DNA of 54,223 bases, the filler included, from Jimgerdemannia flammicorona (taxonomy: Eukaryota): the NCBI GenBank assembly GCA_003990765.1. It is 3 parts of 3 records of this genome, joined end to end, with 100 filler letters (N's around TTAATTAATTAA, not from the genome) between each part and the next. Parts side by side here need not be neighbours in the genome. Positions count along the whole stretch, not along the records: positions 18,110 to 36,118 come from RBNJ01002333.1; positions 36,219 to 54,223 come from RBNJ01002334.1; 1 more part is not named here. One strand, written 5' to 3'. Below, piece after piece: positions 25,801 through 37,645 of this stretch (positions are counted from its first letter, which is position 1; every line of letters starts with the position of its first letter). The notes beneath the pieces are model-generated. The model searched no databases. It was not told the origin of the DNA and saw nothing but the letters and a program-made list of their open reading frames with translations. A program made the position numbers and the translations under genes.

Positions 25801-26695
25801 AATATAGCATGTAGGACAATACGGGTTAGTTAAAATGCAGAAACAAATAGCTCTCCTCCACTGTAACAGCATATAGCACGCCGCTGGTCGATCGATATGC
25901 GTTCGACGCCAGTATATTCTACAACAGACGCTTCAACTGACCTGTATCTAGGCAGATCTCCTCGACATCCAGAGCACAGGAAGGATACAGTTTCTTTACT
26001 TTGTAGATGGTGGAGAGGCAAAAGGCTTATACACTATGAGAGCGTTGGGGAAGCGTGTAGAAGAAAAGCTTTGTGGGGTGGGCGAGTGAGTTTTTTATAC
26101 TCGTGTGCGTGCGTCACAAAATTCTAGTCCCATACATTTCATGTCATGTAATTATGTGATGTTTCATATACATCATGGGTGTCATATAACACACCTCACA
26201 TCATTGTCATGCCAATGTAACATGCAATGGTAAATGTCTCCATGGAGGACCAAGTATTTCAAATATGACAGCGATAAAGCTCTCGCTGACATCTGACATG
26301 CGATTACAATGTTGCAATGACAACATGGCAATTCTTGATGGCCACATGATTCTACCATAGCCATGAAACTTGAACAAAACATGTAAGCAATGCGCTGGCT
26401 CCAAGTTATGAAATATGCGTAGAGGAACTGTGTGAATATAGGAAGACAAATTTGACAGATAAACTTGCGCGACTAGATTTAACTTTCGTTTTCCCATTGA
26501 CATGCGATCCATAACGTGCAGACGCATAGTTGGTATGCCGAACATAGCGCAGATCACGTGCGATTGATACAATACCTTGGGTGTTTTGTCTACATTTTTT
26601 TTTTTTTTCCCGCAGACGCCTTTGACGCTGAAACATACGAGCAAGGTCAGCAGCGCAAGAATAGAAGTCCATCTACCTTAGCTCACCCCTTTACC

Positions 26696-27918
26696 CTACC
26701 AAGATGCTGCGCGGGCCTTTAACATTTCAAGTTGACCCCGATTCGTTCTTTCTGTTCTTTGCCTGCTTTTTATCCCTCCCCCTTTTCCAGCATTTATAAC
26801 ATTTGTGCGGGTATGCTCTTCACCAATAAAGTTATTGACGCTAACCTCTGAATCGCTAACGATCAACATATACAGATCAAACGTAGAAAACGCCGTACGA
26901 ATAGGTCCATATTTTACAAATTTCCCGGGCTCTAACGTCCTCGCCTTTACCATTATCTCCGCATTAAGATTCAACTAAATTCTACGAATATGATAGCATG
27001 CGAAAGGGTGATGTTACAAAGTCACGAATATTGCGACGTCTTGACGATTACGACAATTACGTCTAAAGTGTGCGCATGCATGAACTCTGCTCGCCATGAT
27101 ACTCCAAACAAAGCAAAAGCACTCGTCCATATCCCATAGATTTTTTCAAGTAGCATTACACCGAGACTTTATTCAAAGATGAGCTGCCAACAAAGCGATT
27201 CCATCTTTACATCTCCTGCATGGAGCGACTTTGTGCAACAAAAGGATGGTCGCCGCCGATTTTGGGTATATATTTTATATAAGATGACATTTTTCAATTC
27301 AGATAGGTCATAAGGTATTCTTTTTTTTTTTTTAATAAACTTTGCCTCATATCAATTTTGATTCTCCGTGTCTAAGGATGGCGTTTGCCTTTTTATTTTA
27401 TTTTATTTTGTTTTTTTAACGTGAATCCTATGTTTCGCAAGACTTGTCTTCTAAATTTTCCTGATCTAGGGATCTGAACGAGAATAATTTATATATAGTG
27501 TCGATTTTGTCCTTATTCCTTCGGAATGACGACGCCCGGCCTACAGCCTTGATACACGATAATCGCATTTTCCTTCAAATGGTGGAAATGCCGCCATGAA
27601 TAGGCGTGAGATGACCATGACTATTAGTCGTGTTCGGCTGTCCTGTTGTAATATATCGCCATCCAATAGATCGAGGAATGCCGAGCAGATCGTCTTTCCA
27701 ATTCCTTTGCTTTTAACGACAGTATCTTCCCACCAGGAGCAAAGTTCTTCTGTCAATGTTGTTCGCATTCCTTCAACAAAGGCCTCGTTATCGAACTTCA
27801 AACTCCGCTGGTTCTAATTGCAATTTGGGATTCGTGAATTAATTCAAGTCGATTATGCCCGAATTATACGACCTTACGCAAGAAGACAGAGTTATTACGT
27901 TGATACAATATTAAAGGG

Positions 27919-27951
<33 letters not shown>

Positions 27952-28327
27952 GTAAACCTCAACAATATTAAGATGTAAAAAAAAAACCTTACTTAAGAGA
28001 TAAAAACTTACTGTAACAACAACAACCGGATTATCAGGATCCGTAATAACCGTGCTCGCCGCAGCAACGGTACGACTAGTGACAGACCTCATTACCCTCA
28101 GGCTTGTCGGCGGTTGATTCATCCATCTATGATGCGGTGAGCAATAACCATATGAAAATAAATAAATAAAATAAGCATGGGGTAGAAGGGACACATACGA
28201 GCGACCTCTCCTTGGTCACGACAGATAAAAAGATACTTAATACGTCAGAAAATAAAAAACCTCATAAAATGCAATATATTGAGAATATACCTTCACGTTC
28301 TTCTGCTGTTTTTCCTAAAAGTGCCAT
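26696..28327 (-). pseudogene. Hypothetical spliced gene or gene relic, unknown product
   Basis: ATG at 28327 (MALLGKTAEERE|GT), short exon-like blocks bounded by GT/AG and poly-T introns, protein-like segments at 27541-27801 and 26696-26974. Confidence 0.3.
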
Positions 28328-29039
28328 TATGGAGAGAGGGGGTTAGCATATATATTGCCAAGTGAGAGGGAGTAACGTTTGTTCCCTATATGAACCGAGC
28401 GCCCGGTCCACATGAAATTCGCACGTCGGCCGAGGATGCCGAAATACGAACATTGTCTAAGTCAGGGGAACGTTGAAACTCCTCACATAATTCGCACGGC
28501 ACATGCAGAGCCAAAAAGCCACAGCCGCTTCTCACGTTCGTGAGATGACCCATCTCACAACCGGAGATGACACGTATGAAATCAGAAATACTGACCTTCA
28601 ATTGACGCGTTAACGCCGAAAATCTTCTTTATCAATGCATCTCCCCAGTTGAGTTGTTTCGGGTGCTCCAATTCCGACGTGAGGGCTTGATGCGTTAACG
28701 TCGATATCATTATCAATGCATCTCCCTAGTTCAAGTTTCCTAGGCGCTCCAAATCCGAAGCGAGAACTTCTGCACGGTATTGACCGTTGATTCGGGATGC
28801 CTGACATGGTAGAACCTCTCCCACGTTGTAACAGCCCCCATTGGAGAAAAGGCGTTATCAGCAATACCGCTACAAAATCATAGAGCGTGCCGGGCCAACC
28901 AAGGGAGGAAAGTTCTATAGTGATGGAGAAAGTTGGAAGAAAAACTAGTTGAGAGAAAAAAACTGGCTCTCCCAAGCAAGCAGGTTTCAGTCCCCAATTT
29001 CGAGTGCAGGTGAGATCAGTACTCTAAAAGCAATACCAT

Positions 29040-30880
29040 TACAACATCATAGAACATAGCGGGCCAAACCAGCGAGGAAAGATTCATGGATGGAAATTCG
29101 CGTTGGTGAAGGACTGAAGGTCATGTGATACTGAGAAATCCTGCTTGGCATGGCTCGCTGTCTGAGGTGGGACCCCAGGGTGGTCCAGCTACTGGTGAAA
29201 GGAGTACCCATGGTGATGACAGTCGAGACAAGGAGGAGGGTGGAGGAGGTTATGGCTGAGTATGGTGAGGTGGTCAATATTGGTTTCCAGGTCTGGAAGA
29301 GAACTTCATTTAAAATAGGAGATGTGGATATCAGGCTCTGGCTGACTGGGAAGGAGGCTACACAGAAGCTGCAGAACTGGCCCTCAGTGTTGATGTGGGG
29401 GGCATTTATCTGCAAGGTAGTGAGAGTGAAAGAGAGTATAAAAGAGGAGGAGGATCTGGTGGAGGCACTGGAGGAGCTCAGTAGGGCAGTAGAGTGATAG
29501 GCTAAGATATAGCAGGCTTATATGAACTTAACACACTTAGAGGTGGTAGATAGAAAGTACATTCAGATAGATAAGAGACAGTGGGAGAGGGCTCAGGGGT
29601 ATAAGAGGCAAAAGGAGTTGCTGGCTAGTTTGAAGGAGAAGGAGAAAGCATCAATCAGTTCAGATAAGGCTATCAGAAGTACTTGAGAGTAGTGCTCTAA
29701 ATGAGTTGATCTGGATCAGATTCGAATTCCATCCAGATCAACTTGGATGGAATTTGAATCCCATCTGGATGGATTCAAATCATCCATTGTTTTGATTTCC
29801 AAATTAGACAATAAAATGTTTACATCAATAACTCAATGAATAATCATCCAATTTTAATGATCTTGGTGTCATTTGAAAGCCCTTAATAAGGCCTTTCTAA
29901 TGATATCAAGAACATTGAAATTGGATCTTACATTGCTGAGTTATCAAGGAAAACATCTGACTTGCCGATTTTGGAAATTATTCAACTTGTGAATTTTGGA
30001 AATTTTATCAAAAGATCATTTTTCTTAATAACTCAGCAATATGTAATCCAATTTTAACATTATTGGTATCATTAGAAAGGCCTTATTAAGGGCTTTCTAA
30101 TGATATTAAGATTATCAAAATTGGATGATTATTTGTCAAGTTATTGATATAGACATTTAATTATCTAATTTAGAAATTAGATTTGAATCAATTGAGATGG
30201 GATTTGAATCTCATCTGAGTTGATCTGGATGAAATTCAATCTGAATCAATCCAAATTCAATCTAGATTAAATTGACTTGTTTAGAGCACTACTTGGGAGA
30301 GTATCTGAGCTAATGAAGAGGTAGGAAGAAGTACAAAGGCTGGAGCTTAGAGCCAGGAGGTGAGAGATCAGGCTCTCTATAATGATGGCATACTGGAGGT
30401 TTGGAAGAAGAGTGAGGATATGGAGAGGTAGACTGGAGGCATACAGCTGAAGGCTAGTGAGGATGTGGAGATATTGGGGACTCACTGCATTTAATTTGAA
30501 ATATCTGAGATAGTAAGTGGGGGGTAGGTGGTTGAGGTTGAGGAGGATGAGCTGGTAGATATTTCTGAGGAAATGTGAGATGAGTCTGTGAGTGCTAGAG
30601 TAGATACTATGATATTTGAGGCTAGTCAGCCAATAACCCCTAGGGGTAAGGAGATTGGAGACCTATAGTAGACCTATAGTGAATATATCAGATAATAAAC
30701 AACTTAACAGCTAAAAAGTTGGGGGATATGGACTTATGAGTTATCAGTGAGGAGTACTAGGCAAGAGTACTGTAGAGAGATAGTATTATAGAGGCTCTGG
30801 TGACAGAGGTGCTGGTAGTATATCTAGATAAGGAGTATTATATAGTAGATAAGACAAGGGAGATAGAGATGGTGGTGGAC
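29040..30880 (+). mobile_element. Decayed LINE ORF1 fragment, interrupted by a MITE
   Basis: RRM-like VQLLVKGVP...EEVMAEYGEVVNIGF; GA-rich coiled-coil-like sequence; paralogous to ~31740-31990. Confidence 0.6.
29690..30291. mobile_element. 602-bp hAT-type foldback MITE
   Basis: TIRs TAGTGCTCTAAA...TTTAGAGCACTA; 8-bp TSD CTTGAGAG (29682-29689) / CTTGGGAG (30292-30299); palindromic over almost its whole length. Confidence 0.88.
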
Positions 30881-30884
30881 TTCT

Positions 30885-33800
30885 TTTGCTCAAACCACTC
30901 AGAGTGAGCTAAGCTACATAGGTATCTTTTTGTGAAAAGCAATATATTTTCAAGTTCTCACTTTACCTACACCAGTATACTAGATACAGCAGGAGCCTGA
31001 CAATAATTTACAATAAGTTTTATCAAAATTCATTAAGTTTCCATATATATAATGATAATCTAAGATTCATTGAGCTCAGAGTGCTTGAAGAGGAGGAGGC
31101 CTGGCCTGGGTCTCCTTAAGAGTTTTATAGTGGCTGCTTGAGCTGGTGGTGTAGGAAGGCAGACTAGTGGTCAGAAGCTGGTAACTGGAGTGAATGGCTG
31201 GTGTACAGTAATAGAGAGTAGGTGGGTGGCCCCTAGGCCTACAGTGGGAGGGCAGGGGGAACATAGTATTGACAGAAGTGGGTATTATGTGACTGGTCAG
31301 CTGACTGGTCAGGGGCCCAGCAGGAGTCAGGGGTCCAGAGATAAGACTGCTGGGACTGGCTTTTCTGGAGCTAGGCTGGTGGCTGGAGGTATAACTACTG
31401 GTGGTATAGTAGTTCCTGAAGAGGTAGTGGCTGGTATTTCTAAGAGTAAGAGCAAGACAACTCTGACTACAGGAACTGGTGAGTTGGTAGTACATCTATT
31501 CTTTTATAAGTCAGTATCAATGTGTACAGTCTCTGCTAATTTCTTGGACCTTGGTTTATTAGTCAAGAAGGTTCTGTGACTGGTAGGTAAGGAGGTTGCA
31601 GGGGCAGAATTACTGTGATTTATTCATTTGGCAGAGGTGGTGGAGACTGGTTTTGTTGAGAAGGAGATCACGATAAAGGTCCTGAAGAAGGAGCTAATAA
31701 TCAAGAATGTCAAGGTGAGGATGACAAGATACTTAAGGTGAGACCTATGTATAGTGAGGCTGGTGGTTGAAGGATTGCTGATGCTGAGCAGATAGGAGAC
31801 TAAGATGGTTATAGCTGAAGCTCTGGAAGGTTTTGGTGAGATGGTAGATTTCAGATTCATGTTTTGGGAGAGTATGAAGTTGAGAAATGGTAATTATGAG
31901 ACAATAGTGTGGTTGGAAGAGAAGGAGGCAACTTGGTTGGAGCAGGACTGGCCTGAGATCATTTATATTAGGAGACAAGAGTATCAGATTTAGAGGAGAA
32001 AAGACTCAGAGCAGAAAGAGAAGAGTTGCTGATTGCCCTGAAGGAGTATGATGAAGTGAAGGCTTTACAGAAGAGGAAATAGGAGGAGTTTGTCAAGAAC
32101 TGAATCTGGATTGAGATAGATAGGAAGAGGAGACAATAGTGTAAGGAGAATTAGGAGTGGTTACAGATAGTATTGCAAGAGTCTGCCAAGGAGGAGGCTG
32201 AGAGAATTGTGACTGATAGGAATCAAATAGAAGGAGTAGAGGTAGCTGAAGTATCCTTCTCACAGCTAGGGAGAGTAGGAACCTCTGAGTATATATCTAT
32301 AAAGAAAAAGTGGGCTGATGGTGAGAAAGAGAGGAGAGCAGGCTTTAAGGAGGATGTTGAGGTAGTCTCTGAGACTCAGATAGAGGACATACATAACAAT
32401 AACCAGGTTGACAAATATATACTGGGAATTTCCTGAGGCTGGGAAGGTCATGCAGCTAAACAAAGTTTCAAAGGAGAATGATCTGGTAGAGATTGCTTCA
32501 GATGTATCTGTAGATAGATAATTGCTTTAGGAGCTGTGTAGGATCCCTAGATCTGCCACTCCAGGACTAATGGTAATGATAGTAGATGGTTGGTTCCAGG
32601 CTGTCCTGGAGGAGCTTGCAGAGAAAGACATTAAGGAAGTGGATGTATTTCAGAGTTCTCTGGAGGTATGAGAAGAGTTTCTTAAGGTAGCATTGCAAGG
32701 ACTGAAATTGGTAACCACTATGGTAGCAGTCCTCCTGAAGAATGAAGGGTATGAGATGGATGAAGCCTAGATGGCAGATATCAGAAAGGTAGCATCAGAA
32801 TGAGTGAACTTCTTCTGAGGCAGTATCAATGAAGAGTGAATTTGGAGAGTCATCTGTGAGGAGTATCAGAATATCATCAAGGGTAGAGCTGAGAAGGTGG
32901 TGACAGTAGCAGCAGATATCTAAACTCACTATCTATGATAAAGAACAACTTATGTCTTTTATCAATTAATGTCAATGATCTGTATAATAGGGTTAAGTGG
33001 TAGCATCTTTTTTGGTGGCTGAAGGTCCAGAGGTATGATGTGATATTTCTTCAGAGTATTTGGGCTTATGATATATAGGACTATGAGTTATAGAGTAAGG
33101 AATGGTTTGGAGGTGCTGGTTGGAATAAGTAAGTGAGTATTCTAGTTGGGGTTTGAAAGGATAAGCTAGTTGATATGGAAATCTTTAGTAGTTATCTGGT
33201 GTGTGGAAGACTGAAGGAAGATAATGGGGATGGACTTTTGGTGGGCTCAGTATATCTGCCAGTAGTTGGCAGAGAGTGAAAGCAATTGAGGGGAGGCTCT
33301 TAGAGATTGGGGGGTTGCCACATCTCCCTGGCAGGGTGGGTGTCGATTTTGAATATCTACTGGTTCCCCAAGCTATGGTATGTGGCCTATCACTTGGACT
33401 TTTCAGCTTGGGTGGTGAAGAGGCTAATGAAACTGACTAGAGATTGGATTTGAACAGAGAAGAGGTCCCAGATTAGTTGGTATACTCTTGCAATACCAGT
33501 GGTTAGGGGAGGACTAGGCCTTGTAGATTTCTCTAAGCAGCTGCACTGTCTGTGAGCTTGGTGGTTGAAAAGGGTAGTTGAACTGTAGGAAGGAGGATAG
33601 GTACCACTGATGCAGAAGGTGTGGGAGATGAGATTCTCTCCTTGGGGGTCCTTAGGAGATTTGCTCTCTCTAGTGGGTTTAAATGGAAGCTGATGGCTAT
33701 AGTATAAGAGATTCTGGTGGGGGGTGGTGGATAAAGTACACTGGATTGACCTGTATTGGCAAGGAGGTGCTGTGGGGTTTAGCTATGTGGTGATGGGACA

Positions 33801-34132
33801 GACTACTTCTGGGGGGGGTTCTGCTTACTAAGTTTGATATTGGTGATAGAGTGGAGTATCAGAGGGGACTTGGTCAGAATCTTTGACCAAGTAGTTGGCA
33901 GGTAGTGGAGATTGGTGAGGAGTGAGACTGGGTAGGAATCTGGTTCTAGAATGCTGAGGTGTGGAAGTGGCTTCCTCCCAGGTTCTGAGTGATATGGTAG
34001 TGGATGCTGAGGAGGAATATTATATTGAATTTCTGTGCTGGGCATCTGGTGGATAGTGGCCAATTAGATTGTGAGGAGTGTTATAATGTAGGGCAAGTTG
34101 GAGGATTTGTGCAAATGCCAGAATATTGGCTA
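30885..34132 (+). mobile_element. L1/Tx1-like LINE: 5' UTR, ORF1 (~31050-32923), ORF2 from 32935 with an internal deletion removing RT
   Basis: ORF2 begins MIKNNLCLLSINVNDL...LFWWLKVQRYDVIFLQ (APE endonuclease N-terminus); within ~400 nt it jumps to the post-RT motif DWI*TEKRSQISWYTLAIPVVRGGLGLVDF. Confidence 0.8.
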
Positions 34133-34907
34133 TGTAATAACTCTCACTTCTACTCCTCTCTTATCCTTTGGATAATTAGAGAAGTGAACTATTACTTAGG
34201 AACTTAGTACACAATGTGTACCAAGAAGCCTTCAGTTTGAGGAAGTGCTTGCTTAAAAGTAGTTAGAGTGGCAGTGCCTTTGGTTTCAAAGGTCTTTCTC
34301 TATTGCCCTATTTCAAGGGTCTTGTTCTTTGCTGTACACAGACTGAATTTGCCTTGGAATTCAGGTTCAATGGGTTTACTTAAGTCTTTGGAAATTTATA
34401 TACCAGTCTCAGTTCTAGCAGAAGTTAGCTAGGCTTCTGGAGTTTAGTCAGAAACACTAGAGTCACTTAGATGTCATTACTAAGACTCAGGGGAATGTGG
34501 GTGTGTGGGGGGGACTTGATTCTTGTATCAAGGACTGAACTAAAACTGCTTTATTTCGGATGGAAACTAGGGGGTATTTATACAAGTTGGTCTGTGATTT
34601 CTGACTAAGTATGAGTGACTAATTTGGTAACTATAATGAGGTTTGTGATCGCGATCTTTATCAGGTGGTTTTTGGTAAAGAATATCTTTGTGATCAGAAT
34701 CTCAATCACTAGGGAATAATCAGCAGCTGTGGCAACAGTTGCTGTGGCACCGATTGTTAGGATAAGCTAGATATTGTTTTCCACATCATTTCATATCATT
34801 CATCACTCACTATTCATATGTCACACTCGATCATTTGATGATGTCATCACTGGGTCACGTGATCATTTGTGATTGCTTGTCACATCTCATCTGTTTATTC
34901 TATTACA
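34133..34907 (-). repeat. 3' LTR of element C (775 bp), inserted in the LINE
   Basis: Termini TGTAATA...TATTACA; preceded on minus by PPT GGGGGGAAGGA (34908-34918) and a CAATGAGGACATTG hairpin; LINE homology with 18110-18912 stops exactly at 34132. Confidence 0.85.
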
Positions 34908-34918
34908 TCCTTCCCCCC

Positions 34919-35762
34919 TTAGAAATCAATGTCCTCATTGATTGAGAAATTGAGAACCAGAGGAGAGAAAGATAGAGAATCCTGCTCAGGATTGTTGGCA
35001 TCTTCTTCAGTAGCAGGGGGGGTGGTGGTTGCTGATAGCTCACTGTCCAGAATGGAGAAGTCAATGAGGTCTGCAAATGGTTCTTGCATTGAGATAGGTA
35101 CTGGTATAGGGGTTCTCCATCTGATGTGGTTGGGGCCATCCAAGTAGGGTTCTTGGTTCTCATATCTGGGAATATCCATTTGGATGGGCAGTCCTTCAAA
35201 GAGGTCAGAGAGGCCTTGGAGCCATTGGTCAGAGTTGTCATTCAGGAGGGGGCTCCAGTAGGGTTCACAGTCAGTAGACTTGAGAGTGATCCAGGAGTTG
35301 GCTTCTTGGGCTATCTTGATCTCTAGTTTGTCAACCTCAAAGAAGGAGAGGTTCTGGAAGTCCTTCAGTTGGACATAGTTGAGGTTGAGGATTACAAAGA
35401 GTGTATGGCATGATTTGATGGACCTTCTTGACAAGTCTTTGCTCGCTCTCATCCAGGTGGGTCCAATCAGAGACTTGGTTTATGGGCAGATCCTTTACCC
35501 AATGGAGGAGTTGATGGCCAATCTTGTATTTATACCAGATCTCTAGGTGACTAGTGGCAAGGTAGGCTCTTTCGATGACTTCATGGTAGTTGAGGACATA
35601 ATATCCTAGGTCCTGGCTGGAGAGGTCAAGGGCCTCTGAGTGACAGTTCCTTCCTTGGATAGCCACCTGGATGTGTCCAAAGAGGTGGTCAACCTGACTT
35701 GGGAGAGGCTGACTATAGCAGGCAGTTTGGCAGCAGATAGCTTGGTTGCAGATAGCAGGCAT
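34919..35762 (-). pseudogene. 3' accessory ORF of LTR element C (one frameshift), homolog of 41295-42251
   Basis: ORFs 35337-35762 and 34919-35452 join into one ~280-aa protein that ends at the PPT. Confidence 0.7.
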
Positions 35763-35789
35763 TCTTGTCTTGTCTTTTCTTTATGAGGA

Positions 35790-36118
35790 GAGGGGGATGA
35801 GAGTTGCAGGGTATTCTTGCCTAGGGGGTGGGGGATAGTTGGCTCACTGTAGGATAGGTGCTAGCAGTATGGGTGGGACTAGCGGGCCATTGGTTTTTTG
35901 TATTTGAAGAGAGGCAGTGGTTGGGGCTGCATGAGAAGATATTAAGGTGGGAGGAGCTGGTGGGGGATCTGCTGACCGGGTAGTGGGTGGGTTGGAGTCC
36001 TCAGGGAGGTCGACATCACGGTTTGGTGATGAAGATCTGTGAGCAGAGTGGTGGGAGGGTGGGGATGGTGTTCGACAAAGTGGTCTTTCACAGAGAAGGG
36101 GTAGGGGGGGGGGGGCCC
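35790..36118 (+). mobile_element. LINE 3' region, resuming after element C
   Basis: Similar to ~19020-19330 and nearly identical to 36219-36315. Confidence 0.7.
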
Positions 36119-36218
36119 NNNNNNNNNNNNNNNNNNNNNNNNNNNNNNNNNNNNNNNNNNNNTTAATTAATTAANNNNNNNNNNNNNNNNNNNNNNNNNN
36201 NNNNNNNNNNNNNNNNNN
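36119..36218. other. Artificial contig linker
   Basis: N44-TTAATTAATTAA-N44. Confidence 0.98.
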
Positions 36219-36389
36219 TTAGTGATGAAGATCTGTGAGCAGAGTGGTGGGAGGGTGGGCATAGTGTTCGACAAAGTGGTCTTTCACAGGGAAGGGATAG
36301 GGGGGGGGGGCCCCCCAAGGGGGATTGGATAGGGGGGGGGATCGTTGTAATTATAGAATAGATCGGTAATAAAGGGCAGTCCAAGTGAC

Positions 36390-36433
<44 letters not shown>
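36219..36433 (+). mobile_element. LINE 3' end with AATAAA and poly(A) tail, inserted into element B
   Basis: G-run 3' UTR, AATAAA at 36368, A-run at 36393-36433 abutting the element B reading frame. Confidence 0.85.
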
Positions 36434-36437
<4 letters not shown>

Positions 36438-37229
36438 CATATGTGAACACTTCATCAGCTTCCACTCACCAAGAGATGATTGTAGCAATTGCCGAATCCT
36501 AGATCTCAAGAAGATTCCAATGCTAGAAATTGATGACAAGGATGAATTGAAGTAAGCACCATCCCACAGCCGAATGCAATCTCCAACCCCGAAGACCTTC
36601 AAGAAGACCTATAAGGAAGGACAGAAGATCCTTGCCCGCCAAACATTCGAGTCCCTCACCATCAAAGGAGAAAGCAACAGTTCTTACACTATCACTCGGG
36701 CCCTCCAGATCACACAGCCCACCTATGATAAGTATCGGAAGAGATTTCCTACCAGTAGGGAGGTCAAACAGTGAAATGAAGACTTTGTCAAGAAGGGACA
36801 TTGTGATTGTGGAAAAACCTTTACCTGCTACTGGTGTGAACATCGAGATGTTCATCTCAGCGAAGATGTCTACAAGAGCCGAGTCAAGAGAAAGGATCCC
36901 ACCCTGTAAGAACCTTGAATTTGCTGGGCCTGTCAGAAGTGCAAAGAAATCAACCATGAAGGAGATTGTAAGTTCAAGAGCAAGACCTCTATCTGGGACC
37001 TACCATTGGAAGTTCTTGCCATTATTCACTGGTACTGTCGCCCTCATCAAGGAAAAGAAGGTGTCAACCTTGCCTTCATCCTTATGGAAGCTCTGGACCC
37101 TCTAGGAAAGACTGGATTCAATTACACAAGAAACTCAAAGACGGGAGCTCACTGGCCTTTCTTCAAACTGGAGCGCATGGACTTCTCACCTATAATGGCA
37201 ACAGCTGAAGCGCCATTTCTCAAAGCTCA

Positions 37230-37645
37230 ACCAATTATCCAGATCAAGCTGCTTTCCCCCTGGGCGCAGCCACCTCTTACACAAACAGAAGGATCAGTTG
37301 GTTATGACCTCTGCCTTCCCTACTAAGCAAGAATCCGACCCAGAAGTACCAGGACTTTTGACCTACAGATTGCACTTGCTATACCACCTGGGCATTATGG
37401 ACAGTTGGCCTCAAGATCCTCATTGGCAACCAAAGGAGTCACAGTAGAAGGAGGAGTCATCGATCAGGACTACCGAGGTCCCTTGAAGGTCATTATCCAC
37501 AATTCTAGTAAAACCAGCCGATTCTTCAGTCCTATGGAAGCCATCTGCCAAATCCTGTTTATCAAGACATCACAGCCAACCATCTAAGAGGTAGACCAAC
37601 TAGAAGATACCAACAGAGGACAAGGAGGCTTTGGAAGCACCAATA
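37230..37645 (+). pseudogene. Trimeric dUTPase domain in element B pol
   Basis: All five motifs: GSVGYDL, GQLASRSSLA, GGVIDQDYRG, ICQIL, RGQGGFGST; two nonsense changes. Confidence 0.93.

Noticed and set aside
26130..26400. CATG/ATGT-rich patch, possible DNA-transposon subterminal region
   Set aside because: No TIR pair or TSD could be identified
36020..36320. Near-identical sequence on both sides of the second gap, suggesting contig overlap
   Set aside because: The copies differ at several positions and the linker is artificial; both are copies of a common LINE 3' end
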